From Bdellovibrionales bacterium (GTDB taxonomy: Bacteria > Bdellovibrionota > Bdellovibrionia > Bdellovibrionales > UBA1609), in contig OZ241329.1 of the NCBI GenBank assembly GCA_965199825.1, positions 1,280,362 to 1,344,361 on the forward strand: 64,000 nt of DNA, in the 5' to 3' direction. The translations under genes and the position numbers were made by a program. Positions 9,078-16,964 of this stretch are shown in pieces; the stretch's first letter is position 1, and every line of letters begins with the position of its first letter. Under the pieces are notes generated by a model. It was given only the letters and a program-made list of their open reading frames with translations. It was not told where the DNA came from and made no database searches.

Positions 9078-10111
9078 AAACTGGCCCCTTTGACTGTGTT
9101 TATAAACATAGAAATTTTTTATTACAAAATCTTAAACAGAGTGACCGATCAGTTTACGAAATTTTCGATGACACTTGTGAGGCTGAATCAGAAATTCATT
9201 ATGGTAGAGCACATAAATTGCCAGATGATTACGCAGCTCTTCGATCTTTTTAGTCGTGCACCACGTTCGTCTCGACATTCGTTTGAGATTATCACGAATC
9301 ATTGCACAGGTATGGTTGAGCGTATGGAGTGGATCAAAGCCGCCGCGCTTAAGTTCGCCTTGTCCAACGATACAGCCCCTTCGTCCTTTGAATTGCTGAT
9401 ATTTATGGTCTTTAAAATATTTTTTGATGTCGGGTGGGTAATGAGGGTTTTGGTCGGACATAAAAGTGCAGTCATCGGACACTATCGACTTTAATTTTGT
9501 AAACAAAACCTTTCGTCCATCAGGTCGCTCATCTTTGCGCCGTCCGTATTTGAACCGCGCTTTTTTAGCGAGAAGTCCGCGGGCCGGCATCGGACTGCAT
9601 TCGAAAGAAAGGATGCGTCGACTACGGTTTTCTACGGCTAAAGTAATCGAAACAGGTTTGAACTTAGTATGTTCAAATGTTTCCATATCATCAAATTGGA
9701 CATCACGAACTTTTGGGAGAACCAAATTTTGTTTATTTGTTATTTCAAACGCAAGGCCTGCCAGAAATCGAAATTTCCGGATCACGGTTTTTCGGTTGGT
9801 TTCGAGTACGATTGCGGTTCGCCTTTTTGAAAAGCCGCCACAAAGTTTATGATAAATCTGAATATTGAGATGACGTTTTTTTTGACGATAACAAATGTCT
9901 TGAGTTGCATGCGAAAAACTTTTTTTGCAAACCAGACAACGGTAACGCTGAATCTTTTTTTGATCACATTTGCGGATAAAGAAGCCGGATTTGCGAATGG
10001 CCATCCGGTCTTTTCCGAACTCTTTGTTGCAAGCGCAAACTGGAATTGATCTCTTCATCGTGAGGGATCAAGAGAGCAATTCGCTGGCCAGCACAATCAA
10101 GTGGGCCAGTT
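9078..10111 (-). mobile_element. candidate IS1-family insertion sequence (~1.03 kb) with imperfect terminal inverted repeats
   Basis: 9078-9100 'aactggcccctttgactgtgttt' matches the reverse complement of 10089-10111 ('aactggcccacttgattgtgctg') at 18 of 23 positions by eye. The two repeats bracket the transposase ORF. I found no clear target-site duplication. Confidence 0.5.
9132..10058 (-). CDS. IS1-family transposase (single fused InsA/InsB-like ORF)
   Basis: The N-terminal zinc finger 'CACNKE...QRYRCLVCKKSF' resembles IS1 InsA 'CPSC...QRYLCSHCRKTW'. It is followed by HTH-like 'SKRRTAIVLETNRKTVIRKF'. DDE-region motifs 'FDDMETFEH', 'FMSDQNPHYP' and 'LNHTCAMIRDNLKRMSRRTWCTTKKIEELRNHLAIYVLYHN' parallel InsB '[34 protein letters not shown]'. 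Confidence 0.8.
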   Translation of the reverse strand: MKRSIPVCACNKEFGKDRMAIRKSGFFIRKCDQKKIQRYRCLVCKKSFSHATQDICYRQKKRHLNIQIYHKLCGGFSKRRTAIVLETNRKTVIRKFRFLAGLAFEITNKQNLVLPKVRDVQFDDMETFEHTKFKPVSITLAVENRSRRILSFECSPMPARGLLAKKARFKYGRRKDERPDGRKVLFTKLKSIVSDDCTFMSDQNPHYPPDIKKYFKDHKYQQFKGRRGCIVGQGELKRGGFDPLHTLNHTCAMIRDNLKRMSRRTWCTTKKIEELRNHLAIYVLYHNEFLIQPHKCHRKFRKLIGHSV

Positions 10112-10655
10112 AGGAGAGGACCCCCGCGCTTTTTTTGGTTTTGTGTTTTTGGGTCTTCGCCCGCAAACTCACAAACTTCTTCAGCATCCCATGATTCTTT
10201 TCACCACTTGCCGCCTTGCGAATCAATGGCAACAGATCGCGTTCTTCTTCTTTTAAATGATGCTCAACAATTTCTGAAAGCACATTCGCGCTCGCCGACC
10301 ATTTGAGAGCGTTTTTTTGTTTTTCGATTCGTCCCATCAGATCCTCGGCCAAGCTGTGTTCGACATACCCTTCGCTCACTTTGATATGCATTTCTTTGCC
10401 AACAAGTTTCATTGAGGGAGTGTAAACCGCTTGCTCTTCGGCAATGGTGTGGGACTTCAAAAGATCCGAAAAGCTTTTATAAGCAGCGCGACGCTTTGCC
10501 ATCGGCTGATCTGTGTCTTTTAAAGTATCCAAGTAGTTTCGCAGGGCTTGGTGGTCCATCTTGATTGCATCGACAATATCCTTTGGGGTCGACGAAAAAA
10601 GGGAGACGAGTTGGTGAGAGAATTCCTCTATGTATTTTCCGACCGATGATTTCAT
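10110..10655 (-). CDS. hemerythrin-like (HHE cation-binding) domain protein
   Basis: Spaced His/Glu motifs 'DAIKMDHQALRNYL', 'HTIAEEQAVY', 'YVEHSLAEDL' and 'VEHHLKEEERDLLP' are typical of hemerythrin four-helix bundles. Confidence 0.75.
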   Translation of the reverse strand: MKSSVGKYIEEFSHQLVSLFSSTPKDIVDAIKMDHQALRNYLDTLKDTDQPMAKRRAAYKSFSDLLKSHTIAEEQAVYTPSMKLVGKEMHIKVSEGYVEHSLAEDLMGRIEKQKNALKWSASANVLSEIVEHHLKEEERDLLPLIRKAASGEKNHGMLKKFVSLRAKTQKHKTKKSAGVLS

Positions 10656-10759
10656 TTTAGAACTCCAAATTGTGATAAATCGTTCGCATAAAAGGAAAAT
10701 ATAGTCGTTAAATCCGAATAAAGGTAGTTATTGTGCTTAACCTTTTTGATAGGAGCTAT

Positions 10760-11665
10760 ATGAAAAACCAAAATTATCCAAAAACAGAGCACGTGACGTC
10801 AGATTCCCATCGTCATTTGCTATGCTGGAAGTCGACCTTAGCTGGTCTACTGATTACGATCATGGGATTTATGATGTTAACCGCATTGGGCGGAGTGGTT
10901 GCGGGTTTCACCGCTGAAGGCTTAATCACCAACGAAAGCGGCGGCGGCTCGGCTCTCGCAAGTGGTGCAGGCCTCTGGCTTGGACTTTCGGCAGTGATCG
11001 CTTTATTTTGCGGCAGTTACTTTGCTTTGCGCATCTCGCGATTTGTGACCGCAAAAGTTGGAGCGGCTCATGGATTTGTGATTGCCTCACTCTTTTTTAT
11101 TTTGATGTTTGTCAAAATTGGCTCGTTTATGGGCGGAGCAATGAGCAACTTTGCAAAAGTGGCTCAAGGTGCGGGCGACCAGGCTTCGAGTCTTTCTTCA
11201 AGCCCAATGGTCCAAGACACTTTTAATAAAGTGATTGGCAATGCGAATCTAAAATCGGATCCAAAAGAAGTGGCGCAAGGCCTGACCAATCGTCTTCTTC
11301 AAGGCGATGTTGAGTCGGCAAAAAATTACTTGGCTTATCAAACCGGAATGAATGCTTCAGAAGTGGATGCAAAGATTGCTCAACTGAAGAGTGATTTTGA
11401 AGCTGCGGCAAAACGTGTTGGTGAAAAAACCGCTCGTGGGGTTGCTGATGCTTCGCTCAGTCTTTTTGTTGTATTTTTGGCAGGCTTAATCGGCGCAGTT
11501 GTTGGTGGTCGCGTAGGCGCTCATTCCAATAACGACCGTCCTTTTGCCACTTTCAGTCCAATGAGCAACGCTCGTGGCAGCATGATGCCTTATGTTTTGG
11601 GTTGGTTCTTAGGCGTTCCAGCATCGATTCTTATGTTGATTGCGGTGTTACGTAGTATTTTTTAA
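10760..11665 (+). CDS. multi-pass membrane protein, function unknown
   Basis: Several hydrophobic helices ('LAGLLITIMGFMMLTALGGVVAGF', 'LWLGLSAVIALFCGSYFAL', 'FVIASLFFILMFVKIGSF', 'LSLFVVFLAGLIGAVVGG'). ATG 10760 is preceded by AGGAG. A terminator hairpin follows. Confidence 0.5.
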   Translation: MKNQNYPKTEHVTSDSHRHLLCWKSTLAGLLITIMGFMMLTALGGVVAGFTAEGLITNESGGGSALASGAGLWLGLSAVIALFCGSYFALRISRFVTAKVGAAHGFVIASLFFILMFVKIGSFMGGAMSNFAKVAQGAGDQASSLSSSPMVQDTFNKVIGNANLKSDPKEVAQGLTNRLLQGDVESAKNYLAYQTGMNASEVDAKIAQLKSDFEAAAKRVGEKTARGVADASLSLFVVFLAGLIGAVVGGRVGAHSNNDRPFATFSPMSNARGSMMPYVLGWFLGVPASILMLIAVLRSIF

Positions 11666-11673
11666 ATATCTTT

Positions 11674-11704
11674 AAGCCAGAGCTTTACCGCTCTGGCTTT
11701 TTTT
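11674..11704 (+). terminator. rho-independent terminator
   Basis: Stem 'aagccagagc' / 'gctctggctt' with a 6-nt loop, followed by a T-run, 9 nt after the stop at 11665. Confidence 0.65.
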
Positions 11705-11717
11705 AGGGAGAATCAAG

Positions 11718-12053
11718 ATGACTTATCAAGGTGGATGTCATTGCGGAAATGTTCGATTCGAAGTTGAGATGGATCTCAAAAATGCGGTCTCTTGCAATTG
11801 TTCGATTTGTCTTAAGCGCGGAAGCCTATTTGATTTTGTTCCTGAATCTCAATTTAAATTGATGAGTGGAAATCTCAAAGAATATCTCTTTAATAAAAAT
11901 AAAATTCATCACCAGTTTTGCAGCAACTGTGGGATTTTGCCATTTGCCAAAACCTCTGCACCAGAAACGATGGTTGCGGTGAACGTGCGCTGTCTTGATA
12001 ATATCGATCTCTCAAAGCTTTCAATCCAAGAGCATGATGGAAAGAGCAGCTAG
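11718..12053 (+). CDS. GFA/CENP-V family zinc-binding protein
   Basis: 'GGCHCGNVRFEV', 'CNCSIC' and 'CSNCG' show the cysteine spacing of the glutathione-dependent formaldehyde-activating (GFA) fold. An RBS 'gggag' lies upstream. Confidence 0.8.
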   Translation: MTYQGGCHCGNVRFEVEMDLKNAVSCNCSICLKRGSLFDFVPESQFKLMSGNLKEYLFNKNKIHHQFCSNCGILPFAKTSAPETMVAVNVRCLDNIDLSKLSIQEHDGKSS

Positions 12054-12760
12054 AGTCTAAACCAGGTGCTCAAAAGATCTTGGTAGTAGTTTTGTGAATC
12101 CTCCGAATCAAATGAATTATCTAAGCGCCGAATCCTTTCGATGACGCTTTTGTAAAAATCCTGATCCACATGAATATGATTGGTAAATGAAGATTGAATG
12201 GCTTGAGCCACCATTGGGTTTGAGGGTTCGATCTCGCGAAAATAAGTTTTAAGTCTTGCGGCTGCGTCGGCCACTTGATCGGCGGCGTATTCGGGGTCGT
12301 TGGACTGCATCGCTCGGTGGGCCTCATAAAAATTTTGGCGGGCCAGAATCAAAAATTGGTTGATCACGTTGCGGCTCATCTGGGCATTGAGGCTATAATT
12401 TTCCTGAGTCTTGACCCATACCGATTCAAATGAAGCATCAAAATCTTCCTGTTGAAAGGTTGGCGAGGTTTTCATTCCGAAAGCTTTTTTGCGAAACCAA
12501 GAAGAGATCGGCTCCCAGATCGGCGCACCAAAAACAAAAACTCCGAGGGTTGCAAATTGCGACACAAAGGTCGATAAGAATTTATATTTTTGGGGGAGGG
12601 CCGCTGTCAGATAAGTTGTTCCAACCGCACTTAAAACCATGGTGCCCACAAGAATGGAGTAGCCGTAAATTTCTTGAGTGCTGGTTTTTTTTTGTGGCGG
12701 TGGTAATGAAAAAGACGAACCACAAAAACAAAACAAGATGATAAATAAAAATGCTCGCAC
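12050..12760 (-). CDS. hypothetical secreted/membrane protein
   Basis: 236-aa ORF with a signal-like N-terminus 'MRAFLFIILFCFCGSSFS' and two further hydrophobic segments. I recognised no family. Confidence 0.4.
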   Translation of the reverse strand: MRAFLFIILFCFCGSSFSLPPPQKKTSTQEIYGYSILVGTMVLSAVGTTYLTAALPQKYKFLSTFVSQFATLGVFVFGAPIWEPISSWFRKKAFGMKTSPTFQQEDFDASFESVWVKTQENYSLNAQMSRNVINQFLILARQNFYEAHRAMQSNDPEYAADQVADAAARLKTYFREIEPSNPMVAQAIQSSFTNHIHVDQDFYKSVIERIRRLDNSFDSEDSQNYYQDLLSTWFRL

Positions 12761-12794
12761 ACAACCTCCTGCTCGCTACGTAGCAGAGATTGAT

Positions 12795-15173
12795 TTATGC
12801 GGCTAGCGATTCGAGCGTGACAAGAGTGATTACCTGTTCGGCCACACGGTGAACTGGAAATCCTTGGGCAAAAAAGACCGGATCGGTAAAGGCGACCGAG
12901 GTCACAAGGTCTTCGATCTGTTGGACCACATACCCAACCAAGACGCCGGCGTTTCGAACAACAATCACATCAAGGGTTGAGGAACTCCAGGGAACCAAGG
13001 GGGACTTCATTGCTTGAGCCATATCGATCAATGGCAAAGAGCTATTATTATAAAGAATAAAGGCTTGATCCTTCCAATACTGAACGCGGGTGATATCGAT
13101 TTTTTCGATCCTAAAAATCGCGTCTTGTGAAAGGGCGCACAATGTTTTGTTTGATAAGGTAAACAACAAATAATGCGAGACGGGCATTGCAACTTTTTGG
13201 TCTGTGTCGATCAACGGCTTTTTATTGATCTGAAATTCTTGCGAGATTTTTTCGCAATCCAAAATCAATCCCACGCGCCTGTCGCCCAAAAAAGTGCAGC
13301 CTTTGTAGATATTGAGATTTTTAAACCAGCCTGAGACCGATTTTACCACAATATCTTCGGCACCCAAAATATCGTCCACACAGATGCAGAACACACCTTT
13401 TTGGGTGCGGATACGGATCAGATAACCTTGGAGCTTTGATCTCAGTGGTTTGTGAAAGATATCTTCAACCTGAATGATCGAGTCGATTTGGTCTTCGCAA
13501 ACAAAAAAAGTTTTTCTGCTGATTTCGGTCAACGTCGCTTTTTCGACCGAGATAATGCGGTCCACATGCTCTTGGGGGATCGCATAGGTCTCTTCCCCAA
13601 ATTTGACTAAAAGTGAGCTAATGATCTGCACCGATTTTGGAATGGGAAGTTTAATTGTGAACTCGGTCCCTTTGTTGACTTCGGATTGGATCGAGATCGA
13701 GCCGCCAGTTTCGATAATGGTTTTTTTGACCATATCTGTTCCGACTCCACGGCCAGAAACATCGGTGACAACTTCGGCGGTACTAAATCCGGGTTCAAAA
13801 ATTAAAAGTTGAAGTTCACCATCGGTTTTTTTGGCGGCGTCGAGTTCGGTGAGCAATCCTTTTTCAATTGCTTTATTTTTTACTCGCTGGGCATCGATCC
13901 CGCGGCCATCATCTTTGACGAGCACGATGATTTCGGTTTCGAATTCCAAAAATTCAATTTTGATTTTTCCGGATTGGGCAATCCCATGGTCGGCGGAGTT
14001 TCGAACCAAATGAATCAAGCATTTATTGAGAGCTTCAAATAATCTTTGATCAATGCGTAAATCGTCGCCAACAAATTCGAGCCGGATTTGTTTTTTTAAG
14101 TTTGTGCACAAATCTTTCACCACACGCTGAAGAGGGCGGGTCAACTGACGAACCGGAATTTTTTTGAGCTCTTCGATTTGATTCTGCATCGACTCAATCG
14201 AATTTTGAAGTTCACTCATCAATTCATTGAGCATTTGGACATTGGGATCATTGGCGTAAGTATTTTCGATAACATTCAAAGTCTTATTGACCATGTTTCG
14301 AAGTACGGTGATCTCACCGTTTTTTTCCATAAAGCGGTTTAGGACCGAGAGTGAGATTTTCAAAGAATCTTCTTTTTTTTCTTTACGGTCATTGCTAACC
14401 AAAGTTGGTTTTACAAAAAGACTTAATAAATCCTCAAAGGATCCCAAAAATGGTTTTTGGGTTTTTAATAACTCCACCAAATTTTTGAGTTGATCCAGCC
14501 CACTTAGTAGCACCTGACTTGATTTTGAGTCGAGGATCATCTCGCCTTTTTTGATCAACGACAAATAATCTTCGTAGCGATGCATAAAGCGGTGAATGGT
14601 GTCGGGCTTAAAAAATCCGCTGGCCCCTTTGATGGTGTGGGCACATGCAAAGACTCGATTGAGATTATCCGCATTTTGGGGTTCATCTTCGAGCTTAAAA
14701 ATCAGATCTTCCATCTCTTCAATCAGCTGAGTCGCATCGGCAACAAAACCCTCACGCAATTCATCGTCTTCGAGGATCGCTGCGATTCGGTCCTTGCTGT
14801 GCACTTCAATACTTTGAGTGAGCTCTTCGTTTGAAAAGGGCTTAGGCAAAAATCCGGCAATCTTAAGATTGATCGCTTCAAGAGCGGTATCGCGCGAGAT
14901 ATTTCCAGAGATCAAAACAAACGGAATATCTTTGTATTCGCCGAGCATTTCGCGACGCAGATCAAACCCGGTACCCGAGGGCATCGTAAAATCAGAAATG
15001 ACCAAAGCAATGCGTTGACCCTCAGACCGAATGATTTCGAGAGCGGCGGGCGGGGAGTCGGCAGTCAGAATTTCAAAACGAGTTTTAGATAATAGCTTTT
15101 TTAAAAGATCTAAGAGATCTGGTTCATCATCAACAAGTAAAAGTTTTAGAATTGGCCCGTTATTGCTCGTCAT
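12795..15173 (-). CDS. CheA-like hybrid histidine kinase with N-terminal receiver (REC-Hpt-dimerisation-HATPase-CheW-CheW)
   Basis: REC 'LLLVDDEPD...LVISDFTMPSGTG...LPKPF'. Hpt 'FACAHTIKGASGFF'. N-box 'HLVRNSADHGI', G1 'DDGRGID', G2 'GFSTAE..VSGRGVGTDMV'. Two CheW-like segments ('YAIPQEHVDRIISV', 'HYLLFTLSNKTLCALSQDAIFRIEKI'). Confidence 0.85.
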   Translation of the reverse strand: MTSNNGPILKLLLVDDEPDLLDLLKKLLSKTRFEILTADSPPAALEIIRSEGQRIALVISDFTMPSGTGFDLRREMLGEYKDIPFVLISGNISRDTALEAINLKIAGFLPKPFSNEELTQSIEVHSKDRIAAILEDDELREGFVADATQLIEEMEDLIFKLEDEPQNADNLNRVFACAHTIKGASGFFKPDTIHRFMHRYEDYLSLIKKGEMILDSKSSQVLLSGLDQLKNLVELLKTQKPFLGSFEDLLSLFVKPTLVSNDRKEKKEDSLKISLSVLNRFMEKNGEITVLRNMVNKTLNVIENTYANDPNVQMLNELMSELQNSIESMQNQIEELKKIPVRQLTRPLQRVVKDLCTNLKKQIRLEFVGDDLRIDQRLFEALNKCLIHLVRNSADHGIAQSGKIKIEFLEFETEIIVLVKDDGRGIDAQRVKNKAIEKGLLTELDAAKKTDGELQLLIFEPGFSTAEVVTDVSGRGVGTDMVKKTIIETGGSISIQSEVNKGTEFTIKLPIPKSVQIISSLLVKFGEETYAIPQEHVDRIISVEKATLTEISRKTFFVCEDQIDSIIQVEDIFHKPLRSKLQGYLIRIRTQKGVFCICVDDILGAEDIVVKSVSGWFKNLNIYKGCTFLGDRRVGLILDCEKISQEFQINKKPLIDTDQKVAMPVSHYLLFTLSNKTLCALSQDAIFRIEKIDITRVQYWKDQAFILYNNSSLPLIDMAQAMKSPLVPWSSSTLDVIVVRNAGVLVGYVVQQIEDLVTSVAFTDPVFFAQGFPVHRVAEQVITLVTLESLAA

Positions 15174-16140
15174 GTTGAGTGTGTCGATTTCTTATAGAAC
15201 GGCGCTGGCCGAGGAGACTTGAGATCTCGTCAGATATTACTTTTTTAATATCCTCTTTGCCTTGCGACTGAAGGAACTCGCTTAAGTCTGAAAATTGATA
15301 CATCAACAAATTAATCGAACTATTTAGCATTTTACTTAACTTAAATTTTTCAAGTGCGTTCAAGGCAACTTCAATTACCCGAATCAGATCAAATGGCTTT
15401 TCGATCACGCCGAAAACTCCAAGATGGATGGCCTTTAGTAGAGAATCTTTGTTTACATAGCCACTGATGAGCACCACCGGGATATCGGGATGGTGTTTGC
15501 GAACAATTTTAAGAAGATCAAGACCACTCACATTCGGCATCGAAATATCAGAGAAGATCACATTGGGTTTATGTTTTTCGATATCGGCCAAAATATTTTC
15601 TGCAGATAAGACGCCGCAAACTTCGATATTTTCGGAATTTAAAATTTTAGCCAGGATTTTTACGATGTCTTCTTCATCGTCGACCACAAGAATGCGCCCT
15701 GCAGATTCTTTTTCGACCATCACAGGCGGGAGTGTGGCAGCTGGAGCAGCGGCGTCTGCAACCACAGTGTAGTCAAAGGTAATACTTTTACCTTCGATCA
15801 GTGAGCGACTGCCATCAAAACCGCGTAGAAAAAAATCGACATAATTTTTTTCGAGATATTCTTTTGATTTTTGTTCGACAAAAATTGTTTCAAGTTGATG
15901 CATATGGGTTTGAAGCTCGGTCAAATCCATCATGCCTGCCGCACCTTTAATGCTATGAAGGGCGCGAAAAATTGAGTCGTACTGGTTTTGGAGTTGATCG
16001 CCTTTATCTAGTTTTAATAAACTCTTTTCGGCGCTATCTAATAGTTCTTCGGCTTCAACCTTGAACGCTTTTATTTCATCATCAGTAAACGACATCATAC
16101 ACCCCGCAAATAGTTTATCGGAGTATAAACGCTGATTCAA
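15160..16140 (-). CDS. Hpt-receiver phosphotransfer protein
   Basis: CheA-P1-like Hpt 'FRALHSIKGAAGMMDL', then REC 'ILVVDDEEDI...VIFSDISMPNVSGL...VIEKPF'. It overlaps the downstream CheA-like gene by 14 nt. An alternative start at ATG 16098 (MMSFTDDE) is possible. Confidence 0.8.
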   Translation of the reverse strand: MNQRLYSDKLFAGCMMSFTDDEIKAFKVEAEELLDSAEKSLLKLDKGDQLQNQYDSIFRALHSIKGAAGMMDLTELQTHMHQLETIFVEQKSKEYLEKNYVDFFLRGFDGSRSLIEGKSITFDYTVVADAAAPAATLPPVMVEKESAGRILVVDDEEDIVKILAKILNSENIEVCGVLSAENILADIEKHKPNVIFSDISMPNVSGLDLLKIVRKHHPDIPVVLISGYVNKDSLLKAIHLGVFGVIEKPFDLIRVIEVALNALEKFKLSKMLNSSINLLMYQFSDLSEFLQSQGKEDIKKVISDEISSLLGQRRSIRNRHTQHDEQ

Positions 16141-16157
16141 AATGTTAACAAAAGAAT

Positions 16158-16841
16158 TTAATATTTAAACCGGTAACCCACGTGAGGAATACATTCTACA
16201 GCAGCAGCATGTGTGCCAAGTTTACGTCGTAAACCAAAAATATGAGAGTCAACTGTGCGTTGTTGGATATGAACGTCTGGACCCCAAATATGTTCAACCA
16301 ACTCTTGGCGAGAAAAAACCTGATTTTCATTTTGAGCCAACAGCGCAAGAATTTTAAATTCTTTTGCGGTCAAAGGCAGTGCATTTGAATTGGAACCCTC
16401 TTGAATATTGGCTCGCAACAGCGCGAGATCAAGGGTAAGCGCGCCTTTCACCAGTTTGGTTGCCATTGTTTTTTGTTTTTGGTTTTTCTTGAGTCTCATT
16501 TCAACTCGCGCACGAAGCTCGGCGCCGGTAATTGGTTTGATAAGATAATCTTCTGCACCAAGATGAAATGCGGTAATTTTCGCGTCGAGATTCATATTGC
16601 TGGTTAAAAAAAACACCGGGACTGTGTCGCCAAAGCGATGATGAATTTGCTCGAGAATATATAAACCTTCGCCATCGGGAAGACTCGAATCGAGAATAAT
16701 CAAATCAAACGGCGGCTCATCTTTTAAGGTGATCAAGGCTTCACGACAAGTTCCGACAATATGAACTTCGAAATTGTTTAACGCTCGTTTAACCAGAATT
16801 TGATACTCTTGAAGATCTTCGACTAATAAAATACGCGACAT
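16158..16841 (-). CDS. OmpR/PhoB-family response regulator (DNA-binding output)
   Basis: REC 'ILLVEDLQE...LIILDSSLPDGEG...LIKP' plus winged-helix 'LTAKEFKILALLA...VDSHIFGLRRKL...GYRF'. It is the first gene of the minus-strand che-like operon. Confidence 0.85.
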   Translation of the reverse strand: MSRILLVEDLQEYQILVKRALNNFEVHIVGTCREALITLKDEPPFDLIILDSSLPDGEGLYILEQIHHRFGDTVPVFFLTSNMNLDAKITAFHLGAEDYLIKPITGAELRARVEMRLKKNQKQKTMATKLVKGALTLDLALLRANIQEGSNSNALPLTAKEFKILALLAQNENQVFSRQELVEHIWGPDVHIQQRTVDSHIFGLRRKLGTHAAAVECIPHVGYRFKY

Positions 16842-16964
16842 AGATCCATCCTACCACGCCTTACGTGATGTCTCATAAAGAGATTGAGATTTCTAAACCA
16901 AAACCCAACAGGAACACCATCGGATCTCACTCATCATAAATTGATCAAGTACGATAAATTATTT
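16842..16964. promoter_or_regulatory. divergent intergenic region expected to hold promoters of both chemosensory operons
   Basis: Inferred only from geometry: 123 nt lie between divergently oriented first genes. I could not assign convincing -35/-10 hexamers by eye. Confidence 0.35.

Noticed and set aside
8754-9868. ORFs 8754-9494, 9466-9852 and 9677-9868 (plus strand)
   Set aside because: They are antisense to the response-regulator and IS1 transposase genes, which have clear family motifs. They show no motifs of their own.
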